64,000 bases of DNA, from the NCBI RefSeq assembly GCF_006345805.1, contig NW_021832232.1, positions 124,001 to 188,000 of the forward strand, in the 5' to 3' direction. Made by a program: the position numbers and the translations under genes. The notes below the pieces were generated by a model that saw nothing but the letters and a program-made list of their open reading frames with translations, was not told the origin of the DNA and made no database searches. Positions 26,627 to 38,958 of the stretch are shown here, one piece after another. Source of the stretch: Octopus sinensis (lineage: Eukaryota). Numbering within the stretch: position 1 is the first letter of the stretch; each line of letters starts with the position of its first letter.

Positions 26627-27900
26627 ATGCCTTCCGCAGGAGGAATTGCACCACCCACAATCATAGCGATGAATTCGAGAGGAGTAGTCTCCGGAAATAA
26701 AATAACTTCGAGTACTTACATAGAAATAACAACAGGCATATTCTCAATTGCATTAGCACACAGAGAGTTATGGATGCAGAATCTACTTCACTACAGATGG
26801 AACTAAACCACAGCCTTTATACTCGACTGCAGGTGTCAAAAATACTACTCACAAATACACTGCTCCTTTCACAATGAGGATGGGAAATAGGATTCTAAAA
26901 GCTGTCGCTGTAAACAAGTAATTGATGAATTAAATTCTCAAGAAAAGACAAGCGGGAGAGCTCGATAGTGACTCGAAATTACAAAGTCGTGGAATCAAAA
27001 TCTGAAGAAAACTCGTCGAATTCTGATTTGAGCATCTCAGATTCGGACGATTATATGTTTATTCATAAAAGACAGCCTTACAAAAAAGTAGTATCGTGTT
27101 TTTGTATTATCAAATAAACTTTAATGATTTATCATGATAACTAATTCAAGTACTTGGAGCGAGACAAAGAAAATGCCAAATTGAGTGACGTCAATCCTCA
27201 AAGCAAACAAATGGCCAATTATACAACCCATCGACCTGAAAAATGTATTCTTCAATTAGTTTGTACTTCTAGTTAACAAAACATTTACAAATCCAGACGT
27301 TCCCTACAATTCAATCAACTACAGCGGGACCCAAATAAATATATGGGGGTCAACTCCTCAAAGTGCCATTGAAGAACTTTCACGTGGTTTATCAAGAAAC
27401 TTAAATAAAAATCAGCAAATGTTTGGGCCTAATCAATCGGGGAATTACAATGGATATTTAACTGAGGAGATGCTGAAGGTATCCATTGCATAGTTAACAA
27501 ATTGATAGAAAGCTGAAAATAGACAACTTCTGACAGTTGGAGACTTGAAGAATGCAATAAGACAGTGTTCTCCCAGAATTGAAGAAGTTCAGGAAACAAT
27601 TCCCATTGAATATAAAAAAATATCCGATCCAATTATTTCCAACAAAAGTCCGGGAAACGGTAGAAAATAACTATAAAACACGTTTTGTAGGCGATTGGAG
27701 AGGCCAGCTCACGCACATATATGCACATTTGACGACACGTGCAAAAAAAGATCACGAATTTTTGCAAGATCTTAGTTATTCCAAATTTGGGAAGGTTCGA
27801 TAAATCCGCTCACATAAAGGTCACCGATGCTGAACTGGTAAGCACAGAAGATGGTTATCACCTTCTGTTTATCTTGAAAATGCCGGTTAATCAAACTAGT
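26627..27900 (+). CDS. DZANK1-like N-terminal (Fn3-associated) and internal conserved domains; probably the 5' half of the annexin gene
   Basis: Spliced MPSAGGIAPPTI..TYIEITT|ESYGCRIYFTTDGTKP..THKYTAPFTM..ILKAVAV..RESSIVTR and SPGN|GDWRGQLTHIYAHL..EF..GK|VTDA resemble DZANK1 blocks as I recall them. Confidence 0.7.
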
Positions 27901-27916
27901 TGATAATTATGAGTAG

Positions 27917-29270
27917 ACATTAAAAAAACAACGGACAAAAAACCTGTCGAAAAGGATATACCCCGAAAAAAGTCACAAAAAATAACAGAAGCAAATTCTC
28001 CAATAAAACCTACAGGTTACAAAAATGCATAATTCTGAACTTTCAGCTACACAACCTAAAAAACAAGTTCCCAAAAATGTGGACCCTTACTACATGAATG
28101 AAAATTACGAGGTGATAGGACTTTGTTTTACTGAGTGTTAATAGCAATCAGGGACTGTGGTAGGTGTCGACGACTTTGACGCGGATCTGGATGCCTCAAT
28201 ATTGCGAAAGGCGATGAAAGGAATCGGTTTGATGACATTCTCATAAACAAAGGAACCGACGAGAAAAGTTTAATAAACATTTTATGCACTCGTACAAATA
28301 TTCAGCGACAAAAAATAGCTTTCGCCTACAAATCAAGTTACGGTCGGGTAATTGTCGACTTGTTATTAAAGGATCTGAAAAATGATGTTCAGGGAGAGAC
28401 TAGTGGGAACTTCCGAGTTGTTTTGCTGGCCTTATTAGAAGAACCAGTTGATTATGACGCCAAGCAGCTCAATAAGGCGATTAAAGTCTAAAACTGTAAA
28501 GAATGTTTTGACAGGGACTGGGAACAGACGAGGATGTTCTGATAGAGATTATATGCACGCGGACTTGTCAGCAACTTGAGGCTATCAAGAAGGCATATGA
28601 AAACTGTACAACGACATATTCTCACTTCGCAGTGTACAAAAGGACATTGGAAAAAGATGTCATGGATGACACGAGCGGAGACTTTAGAAGAATTATGGTC
28701 TCACTCTTACAAAATTCTCGGGATACAGGAGATACTTACGATTTGTAGTGAATGTCTATATTTTCCCAGAAATAAAGTCAAGGAAGACGTGACGGTTCTT
28801 CAAAAAGCAGGGACAGGGAAGTGGGGGACAGACGAATCTGTCTTTAACAAAATCATTGCGAACCGATCCTTTGCATATTTGCGAGCACTGTTTCAGGAAT
28901 ATCTTAAACAAACTGGGCAAGAATTTGAAGATGTTCTGAAAAAGGAAATGAGTGGAGATTTACTCCAAGCATTTCTTGCCATTGGTCCAAAATAGTATTT
29001 ATTCGCAGTTCGGTGTATAAACGACAAGCCAGGATATTATGCAAAAAAGTTGTCTGATTCGATGAAGGGACTTGGGACCAAAGACGAGACTCTGATTCGG
29101 AGCATAGTATCGCGATGTGAAGTGGATTTAGTACAAATTAAGGAAAAGTACCACACACTAACAAATAAAACACTTTTGTTGTCTGTCAAAGTTATTTTTA
29201 TATTTTATTGGACCAGAGCGAGACGAGTGGGGATTACCAGACTGCTCTCTTGACATTGATAGGAAAGTAA
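27917..29270 (+). CDS. Annexin core (four repeats) with Lys/Pro-rich linker exons
   Basis: LRKAMKGI|[55 protein letters not shown]; about ten mini-introns. Confidence 0.92.
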
Positions 29271-29367
29271 TATTTTCGATAATTCAACTAACACTTTGAA
29301 TTAATAAATATTATTTACACCCTCCTCTACTTTCGATTAAAGGATTAGTATTATTGGAAAAAGTAAC

Positions 29368-32300
29368 TTATATGCCACAATTATCTTTTTTCATAATATA
29401 ATGAGCAAATGTTGTCCTGGACTTGTCATCCCCACGACTGCATTTACACAACTTTCCACTGTTAGCACAGGACACGTGTAAAGGGTGGTGACAATTTTTA
29501 CACTTTTTCACTAACCGATGACACGGCGAGTACTTGGGATTCTGACGAGGCAGTAAGAGAAATCCGTTCCCTTGCATTCAAGCAGATTCCGCAAATAAAT
29601 CCACGCTGAGCACACACATGACACTGACTTACGTGGGATGAGCACATTTTGACAGCCTGTCGTATCCTGGAAAGAATTCTCCCACTTTTGACGTCATTGA
29701 AATCCTAATTAATAACAAGTTAAACCAACATTCACGGAAAATGTGTAAGGATTATAAAAGTAATACTCGGCAGGTCCCATCATTGACTTAATCCGGGAGG
29801 TTGTCTTTTCGTCACAGGCAGACACACATTGATACAAACCAGACAGTTTCACTCGAAGAGACTACAATTAAGCAACTGAATACCACGACTTTTCGCAGCT
29901 CGTCCACATGTTCGATTAACAGTGGGTTTAACTCGTTTATAATATAAACTGGGTCGGAGGCGTTTTCCTGGAGATATTTTGCTGCGTATTTGGAGACTAG
30001 ATAGTCAGCAGCTCCCAATGAACCAGTGTAGAGACTCAAATCCCAATTGTAGACAATTCTGGCTGGAATCGAATATTTTTTGTGAGAAATGCATTCCGAA
30101 CAGTAATAATGGGCGTCAAAAGCACATTTGATAAGATTGTGGAATGCAGACTCTACTTTATCAGAGACAAAACAAACCGATGTACTGACATTTCTTACAC
30201 CCGCGACAACAAACATTCGGATAGCCAAAGCCCATTTCCTGTGCGATTGCAAACCTCAAAAAATCAAAGTGCGTATTCACCGTCTAGCAATGTTAATTTA
30301 TCGAATAACTTACAAAAGGTCCACTAAGATATCTAAAATAGTTAAAATGTAAAAATACGTCGAATTGTCAGGACTCGGCCGGCCTCCCGCTTCACTCACC
30401 TCCTCCTTCTTGTCAGAAATTACATCGACACATTTCTCCAGATCAAAAGTCGAGTCCTGATTTGTTTCCGTAAAAATGTCCTCCTGAGTGAGGTTTTCAT
30501 TTTTTAAATAAAGTTGAAGTTCGTCAGATTTCACAGAAATCGACTTTTCTATTAGCGAATGAGACGTCGAAGGAGAGACCAGTTCCGGCTCCGTTCTGAA
30601 ATATTCCTCAGTCGTGTCATTAACAGTGACTGAACTCTCAAACTCGGTGGGGTGATATTCTTTACTAGTAGAATCTTCGTGACTTGTATCACTTGGTATT
30701 TCCTTTTCCTCTATCTCGAAATGCGATTCCGACTGTTTTTCAAAACTAGTCTTTTGAGAGGAAGCAGTTTTCATTGAACTGTGCTCCTCAAATGATAAGG
30801 AATCTTCATTTTTTGTCGGAATTATTTTCATTAAACTGTGCTCCTCAAAGGATAAAGAATCCTCATTTTTTGTCGGAACTGTTTTCACTGAACTATGGTC
30901 CTTGGAGGATAAGGAATCCTCTATTTTTGTCGGAATTGTTTTCATTAAACTGTGCTTCTCAAAGGATGAGGAATCATCTATATTTGTCGGAATTGTTTTC
31001 ATTAAACTGTGTTCCTCGGAGGATAAGAAATCCTCATTTTTCGTTGGAATTGTTTTCAGTAAACTATGTTCCTCGGAGGATAAGAAATCCTCATTTTTCG
31101 TTGGAATTGTTTTCAGTAAACTGTGTTCCTCGGAGGATAAGGAATCCTCATTTTTTGTCGGAATTGTTTTCATTGAACTATGCTCCTTGGAGGATAAAGA
31201 ATCCTCATTTTTCGTCGGAATTGTTTTCATTGAACTGTGTTCCTCGGAGGATAAAGGATCCTCATTTTTCGTCGGAATTGTTTTTATTGAACTATGCTCC
31301 TCAAAGGATAAGAAATTTTCATTTTTTGTCGGAATTGTTTTCATTGAACTGTGTTCCTCGGAGGATAAGGAATCCTCATGTATTGTCGGAATTGTTTTCA
31401 GTAAATTATGTTCCTCGGAGGATAAAGAATCCTCATTTTTTGTCGGAATTGTTTTCATTAAACTGTGTTCCTCAAACGATAAGGAATCCTCACTTTTTGT
31501 CGGGTTTGCATCAAAAATAGACATACCAGTAGCCTTTTCCACAACCCCGTAATTTGCGTGACTCAATAAATCTTCATGCCTCGTCTGCTCGAAAGAATTA
31601 AGCAGCTCCTGAGATTTGAAAATTGAATTTCTAAACAACCCCTTCTATCACTTTTTGAAACCTTTCTATTTGAAAAGTTTCATGCAAACACACAGAATGT
31701 CTTCTAATGAAGTCTCTTGTGGGTAATTTTTCCGTTCTCGGCACTGCCACGGACTTGGTCAGATTAATCAGACTTTCTTCAGACTCTTCGCAAAGATCAA
31801 TGACACGACTAGTCGGAGTTCCCGTGAGTGACTGGCTGCTTTCCGGAGACCCCATTTCTTCCACGTGAGGCGAGGCATGTTCCAACTCGGGTTCACTTTT
31901 ATTAGGCAAATCGGAAGTTATGAGTGACTGATGGGACTGGGAGTGAAGGGCCTTCACCTCACAATCTGCGATTAGACAGGACGACCGAACTTTGAGAGTC
32001 GAATATGCCAAATCGCAGAAAATCAGTAATAAAGTTGTCCCACACGTCAAACATGGAGTTGTTGACGGAAAGAGAGAACCTGATTTGATTTAATGCTAGC
32101 GATTAAATTAGACTGGTCACATATCAGGTGTTCCATCATCGTGTTAGAATAGTCGGGATTTGCCATGAGGGCCGTCGAGTTGTAGAATTCTCTTGGAATG
32201 TACACGAATAATACCTTAATAATCTTTCGTCGAGAATAATGTGCTGGATGTAGCAGTTCGTGGTCTGCTCGTTTAGGGAAAGACGAATAAAGGCCTGCAT

Positions 32301-32658
32301 GTTTATTTGGACTCACCTGGCATTTCCCCACGGGAGTTTGAATGAAGGACAGATTGTTGATTTCGGTTATAAACGATTCTGGAAGAATTCTCAAAAGGCA
32401 TTTCCAAAAACTCTGAATGTCAATATAAGTACAACTAGGGATTCCATTCTGCTGCAATTCTAAAAATAAAATATGCAGGTTAACCAGAGTCTTGAGTCCA
32501 TCTAAGAGAAAAAGTGAAATACACCAGCAAACTCTTTCAGAAATAAAATCACTAAAGTTGGTGAGCTGTAATATACTCTGCCAATTCAGTGAACGATTCT
32601 GAGTACTTTTGTGAGCAGAGGCGCACCAGCTCCCCCAATTTCGTACAGATTTGTCCAT
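29368..32658 (-). CDS. PLEKHM1-like protein: RUN domain + tandem-repeat linker + Rubicon-homology zinc domain
   Basis: RUN motif TPVGKCQ|AFIRLSLNE..YIQHI..FYNSTALM. RH domain C..C..YYCSEC..IPARIVYNWD..HV..CHVC.QRGFICGIC. Confidence 0.78.
30763..31503 (-). repeat. Coding minisatellite, 13 x 57 bp (19 aa, PTKNEDSLSSEEHSLMKTI)
   Basis: Counted directly in the 442-aa ORF; the DNA period is 57 nt. Confidence 0.95.
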
Positions 32659-32849
32659 TCATCGACACAACCAAATTAGTTTACCTAATTAGGAAATATT
32701 ATTAACAGTTTAAATTTTTTATAAAATAAAATCCAATTAGGGTCTCAGAAGTTTGAATCACTTTCCAGGACTGTTTGAAGCAGGTCGAGATTAAGAAATG
32801 TCATAAATACGACAAGGAAACAAAACGAACGAAGAAAATGAGCTAACGA

Positions 32850-33445
32850 TGTCAATGTATTCCATTTTGGTGCACCCCTAGTCCTTTGCTAAAGATACTT
32901 TTCTTCCCGTTTGGGCATTAAGATTGGTTTCACAAATCTGGAGATTCAGTGAGTTAAGAAGCCTGGGACGAGATGCTTCTGGTGTCTTGTTACGTACACA
33001 TTTCTAGGTTTTGTAAAAATCCTGTGAGATGTGTTTTTTGTGGAAATTGAAGTGCAGACAGAAGAGACAATTGGAAAACTTGAATCATTTTCAGAAAGAA
33101 AGCCGGGTATTCTATCCTCTCTGACCGTAAAAATAAAAGTTGGGATGACCCGTTTTTATAATTGAGAAAGAAGATTGAAACTCATGGAGAGAATAAGAAA
33201 CTTTTTAAAAAGTCCGAGAATTTAGTACAATTTTAGTGCTCAAAAAAATGGTTGTGATCTTACTTAGTATTGACGAATGTAATCACACTGATTATGGTCG
33301 CTCTTCAGAAACATGCCCAGTTTTTATCAACATGGTCAACAACCAGTCTATGATTGTTATTGTGCTCAATGAAACTAAATTGAGATATAATCAGTACATT
33401 GAATTGGAAGGATATCATTCTGTTTGCAAAAGAGTTTCTTGAAGC
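32850..33445 (+). mobile_element. Decayed LINE 5' fragment (ORF1 zinc knuckle + start of AP endonuclease)
   Basis: RCFWCL..FCKNPVRCVFCG, followed by IVIVLNETKL..LEGY. Confidence 0.5.
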
Positions 33446-33733
33446 GGTAATAAAATAGGACCTCAATTATAACTCTTACACTTAATCATAATTTATCTCT
33501 TAACTCTTACCATATTTTTTTAGATTTAGAAAAGACCATCGAATTAAGTACGCTGAAACTAACAAGTCGATAGGCTGCATTGAGATTTTAAAATTCCGGG
33601 AAGTGGTCTAAGATCTTATTCTAGCAATTTTTTCAAATTTTTAAAATACCATTGAATACAAAATATTGAAACTAATTACTCTTTTTTTAGAATCAGTTCG
33701 ATTGTACACATAGTAAGATTTCGAACTTGATTA

Positions 33734-34560
33734 TTGTCGAGTTTCGATTACTTACGACGGCATAATGAAGTAGTGAGATGTATTCACTTACATCTCTGCA
33801 GACAGTATGGAATAAGAAGGTCAAAAAGATTGAAGACCCATTCAATCCAGTCTATATTTGCAAATGAAGCAGTTGAGATCAGAGTCGATACTACTATAAG
33901 TACTGACACACACGTTCATAACAACAAGCCCGACATTTTCGTGTGGGATAAAATTAAGAATACGATTACACTAATCGAAATTGGAATAACTTCGCAGCAA
34001 ATTCTTAAAAAGTCGAAGTCGAAAAATCCCACAAGTATGATCTCTTAGCAAGTGAATTGGCTTTAATCCACAAAGCAAAAGTGAATATAGTACCCATAGT
34101 ATTAACGTGGGATGCCATTGTCAGTAAATACTACAAACAATACCAGAATGGTCTGAAAATTGAGTACCCTGTAAGAGCATACATCCAAACTATTATCATA
34201 AAGAAGACTCTTGAAAGTATGTGCATCGATTATAAACATGGAATGATGTCCCAAGAGGACGACGGTTTTGAAGAAAATATAACTTTCCTTGATAACAACA
34301 TAAATCAGAAACTCGACGAAACCGACTTAATGACGGGAACATTTGAAAAAGAGTCCTACTCCTATAATAACATTAATCGAGAGGAAGAGCGATGGAACTA
34401 TGAATTGGAACCTGATGAAAGTCGTCTCATCCGGGAAAAGAAGAATGATCCTTTAGATTGCCTAAAAGAAGTTTGGAGACCGGTCAAGGTTGTCCGTGTT
34501 GGGGCAAAGAGGAGGATGATCTATTGAGCTCGAAATTCGTTTAATTAGTTTAATATTACT
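33734..34560 (+). mobile_element. R4-like RLE retrotransposon 3' part, best preserved copy, one frameshift
   Basis: DYLRRHNEVVRCIHLHLC, VEIRVDT, NNKPDIFVWDK, LIEIGITS, KYDLLASEL, TWDAIVSKY, AYIQTIIIKKTLES. Confidence 0.82.
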
Positions 34561-35168
34561 TTTAAACCTTTAATAACTGTCATTGTCGAGTTTGATCTAT
34601 GATCTTATTTTTGTAATTTTTTCCAGATTTTTTTACATAGAAAATTGTAAATTCTTAGTAGGCAGCCTAATATGACTTTTCGGGTTTTTTTCTTTCGGGA
34701 CTTTAAAATTTCGTTTGTCAGATTACAAAGACGGGTATTATGTTGACTTTAAACTTTGGCTGCCTCAGCCAATCTCAAAAACATTGGGAAACGATCGTTT
34801 CGGAGTAGATCGTAGCCAATTTAATATTATCTCTAGACCAACATTGTTTCGCATAGCATTTTATGTCTATTAACATTGATAACATAACCTTGATCTTAAT
34901 GTAACTGAAGTTAAACCTTGTTAATTGATTTTTTAAAATGCTTTCAGTAATTTTATCTATTATCAAAATTCAAAAGGCTAAATTTGTTTATTTGATAGAG
35001 GGGCAAAAAATATATAAAATAATGTTTTCCTAATGCTTTATTTTTATCCAAAAATGTAAAAATTAAAATGGCGAAACATGAAGTTCAATTTTCATACTTA
35101 TGAAAATCAAGCAAACTCGTCAAGACGGCATTAATAATAAGCAAAACACGTAGAAACCATTGCTCGTG

Positions 35169-36346
35169 ATGGACTTGGTTGATATCATAAAAGGAAATGT
35201 TAACCAAAGAAAAGATGATGATTTTAATGACCGTTTCAATCATTCCTACACAACCACAGTCCTCATTTTGTTTGCAGTAATTGTGACTACAGAAAACTAT
35301 GTCGGGCATCCAATAAAATGTTGGACGCCTCCCCAATTCACGGGTACTTGTTTTATTGATGTGTAGACAACTTCAATTCTTATACCCATTCTATATGCTG
35401 GGTCAAAAATACATACCATATTCCATTAAATAAGACTATCCCCGAAACAGACTTTTATAAAGGGAAGCCACAGTTGCGATATTATCAATGGGCGCCCTTT
35501 ATTTTCCTCTCGTTTGCTTTTTTCTATCAACTGCCTTGTCTTTTTTGGAGGTCAAATAATGAGACTTCTGGCCTCAACCTTCAAAAGATTGTCGAGATTT
35601 GCGAAAAGTATCACGATGCCGAGGATCACTCTAAAAAGGATGAGCAAATCAAGCTCATTACAGCACATTTCAATCGTTATTTCGAAATAAAGCAGCATTG
35701 GAAGAGTCGGTCAAAAATTTTTCTTCAAAAATCTCTGACGTTAACATATCTAACAACAAAAGTGTTGTATCTTCTGAACGCAGCGACACAGTTTTTACTC
35801 ACAGATCTCCTGCTATCTAACGGAAAGTTGGGACTCTACGGCATTTCCTTGCTTACAAATTTTGTTTTCGGGACTCCGACGGACTTGGGTTTTTTTCCGA
35901 GACAGACCTTATGCGACTTTTATGTACGAGAAATAGGAATGGAAATGACTGGAATCAGATATACTGTCCAGTGCGTTCTGTCCATCAATCTATTTTTGCA
36001 AGCTATGTTCTCATTTTATTGGTTTTGGCTGGTTATCGTTGTTTTCTATAATTGTTCGAACACGTTTCATTGGATGTCACAACTCCTTTCCAACAAGAAT
36101 TCAGAGTATTATGTTCTTAAACACATCCGTCCAGAACTACAATCCGATTCCAATGAACATGGAAACTTTGAAACGAGGGACTCACTAATTAGTAAATTCA
36201 TCAAGCAGTACCTCCAAACTGACGGAATCTTTGTACTGAGACTGATTTCTATGAACGTGGGTGATTTTGTCTTGTCTGATCTCACAAGCGCCCTCTATGA
36301 GAATTTTAAAATCATAGAAAGTGCCTATGACTTCCAAGGCAGTTGA
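35169..36346 (+). CDS. Innexin (gap-junction protein)
   Basis: DDDFNDRFNH, YVGHPIKCWTP, ICWVKNTY, YYQWAPF, FPRQTLCDF, QCVLSINL, WFWL. Single intron at 35344-35366. Confidence 0.95.
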
Positions 36347-36585
36347 AAATGTTTGAATTCTTGGTTTTTCTTACTTTTTGAGGTCAAATTAAATAAATGT
36401 TTTTTGTTACTTTTACAAACCTACTGTTGGTTTAAATTCCAATGACTCGCGAGTGTCAGTTAAACGTCAATAAGTGACAAGACATTTGTTATATGATACA
36501 ATGACGTGATATACTTTACTAAATAGCGTATATTACTTGACGAATACTATATATTAAATTAACGGATACCTAAATTAATTTTTCA

Positions 36586-36925
36586 ATGAGAATTAAGATT
36601 GACGGATTATATTATGAACCTTTAATTGAATACACCCTACCAGTTATAAATGAATGTACAAAATGCAAACAAACTATAAGGTTTTCTAAATGAAAATCAG
36701 CTTTAGTAATCTACAAAATAGCGTCATATTAGAGAAAAGGAAATACCATTCACATTGCTTCAAATGTGTCAAATGCGGAGTAAATCTGGTAAAATCAGGT
36801 TTCAATTCTTAATTAAATATTAAATTGGATACTTTGTTGTGAAGGGAGAAATAATGTGTAAAACTCATGCAGTAATTTCGACAAGACCCATTGGTGTCGG
36901 GAAGCACAGATATTTTGTTTCTTAA
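36586..36925 (+). CDS. Small single-LIM-domain protein (PDLIM/Zasp-type LIM); second intron acceptor non-canonical
   Basis: CTKC-x18-HSHCFKCVKC-x17-CKTH after removing 36681-36706 and 36799-36827. Confidence 0.6.
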
Positions 36926-37059
36926 TGTTATCCGTAGTCACTAACCATTTTGTTTATTAATCGAATTTTACAGAACCGTAACAAGCAAATATTTTTCCAT
37001 AGTTTCTCTAAGTTAGACAAGTTATAAGTAATAAATGAGTTGTTAAATGAATCTAATTT

Positions 37060-38900
37060 CAGAAAATTGACAAATGCGTCATCAATCATCTTCTCGATAG
37101 CCTACACTTTCGAGCTGGTAACTCACGTAGGCATTGCTGGTCACTTCGTCTGGGTTTCGAAAGGCTTTTTAACATATCCAAATCGACGTCAATTACAAAA
37201 CAATTAGTTTATTGAATCCTAATTAGTTTATTGTGCAAAAGAATTGGTTATCAAAGAATGCCAATCGAATTTTGTTGTTTCTACTTTGCATCAGCACATA
37301 AATGATTCTTTGCTTTTCTTTAATACAGTAAGCACATTGCTAATTCAAAAACACGAAAGTACCCAAGGTTTTGCTTGTGCTAGTCACACAATTTTTCAAG
37401 TGCAAGAGAGAGAAAAAGTTAGTTATTCTAATTAATTCTGAATTAAGACGTGAATTAGTTTTTCTTGAAGTTTTTTATTGGAGTGCAATTGTAGAATACT
37501 AAGAAGCTCATGACATCTTATCGGGAAATCCATCGTATGTGATGAGATGTCTATGACGACGTTTTTTTAATAAAAAACCAAATTATCAAAAAATAGAGTT
37601 TATTGTTTATCTTATACAACAAGTTTTTTTTATCTACTCCAATAAGATTCGAATTGTCGAACCGTAGTGTCAGTATATAATTTGTTCTTTTATTTGTAAC
37701 AATATGACTGAACTCGAAGCATTGTTGACGCACACTTTAAATGCGCCATTACCATGGGAACATGTTTATTAGTGTGGTTTACGTAAATAATTTCATCTTT
37801 TAATGGCACCAAATAGTAATTGCAGATATCCTTGCAACTGGGTTTCCAGACCAATTCTGAAAAACGGTGTTTATGTCGGTTGTTGGGTAATTTTATAGAT
37901 GTTTAATTTTATTTAGTATGTTTCTGCCTATTCTCCTCAAGTGAGCCAAGTAAAAATATTGTACGGAAGTGCGACTTTGTCCAATCATATCAGAAATAAT
38001 AAAGTATTACTTAAAACAGGCATTCAGACCCCTTCAAATAAAATAAGCAAAAAAATTGTGTCTCAAGGGACACAGACTTCTATTAGACGAGAAGTCGAAA
38101 CAGGTACTTCGAAGAATGATGTCACTCCTGTCAAAAACAATGACGAATTCAAGTTAAACTCGAACAGTGCAAAAAAACACAAATGGGAATTTAAAGGAGT
38201 CCAAGTTCCTGTGTTCAGAGAATCTACCCATTCTTGTCTGCAGTGGGTTAAAATACCACTTCCAAGGACAGCGACAAAACACTTGGCTTTTTGAGATATT
38301 TAGTTATTTATGAAAAGTAATATTTTTAATTCTTTTTAATTTTTTCACTTGCTTATTGCACGATTGACAGGAGAAAAATGTACCAATGAACTGAATTTAA
38401 TCAAAAAAGAATTTTATTATTCTTAACCAATTAAATAAATTTACAGATTTTATGCACTCAGCGAGGCTTATAGAATGAAAATCGCTCCGTTTTTAGTAAT
38501 TAATTTACATTTTGTTTAAATTTGAAAGGTTCCATTGAACCTAAAAAGCTTTCAACCGTCTTATGTCAATTTTTTGGAGAACTGATTTCCTCAAAAAAAC
38601 CAAATTCAGAATAATCTCCAAGTTAATCAAATCACAGAAAACTTTTAAAACTTTTGATAAACATTTACATAAACATGTCCTCACATATAATTGTGTGTGA
38701 CTTGGAGAATTGCCAAGGCAAACTTAAAAATGCGTGCTTGGAACTTAGTTGAGTTTTGTCATTTTCTTGATATTTTTAATTCTAGATGTTTTGTTTGGAA
38801 ATCTAACAAATAATAGTATCGCTTGTTTTTTCTTAAATCAGATATTATTCGAGTTAAATCAGGCTAATCTATTCAATTTACATTTGTCCCGATCTGATAA
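37060..38900 (+). CDS. Probable unidentified multi-exon gene(s)
   Basis: Recurring 25-35 nt GT..AG AT-rich segments between open, Cys-containing stretches, plus a 117-aa ORF. No family recognised; boundaries are rough. Confidence 0.3.
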
Positions 38901-38958
38901 TTCTCGAAATAAAACTTGAAGAAATTGATAAAACACAGAAATTCAAGCAAAAACTTTA

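Noticed and set aside
30763-31503. CRISPR-like array
   Set aside because: Contiguous tandem units without unique spacers, inside a eukaryotic exon.
30774-31552. Two long plus-strand ORFs (248 and 216 aa)
   Set aside because: They are antisense shadows of the stop-poor 57-bp coding repeat.
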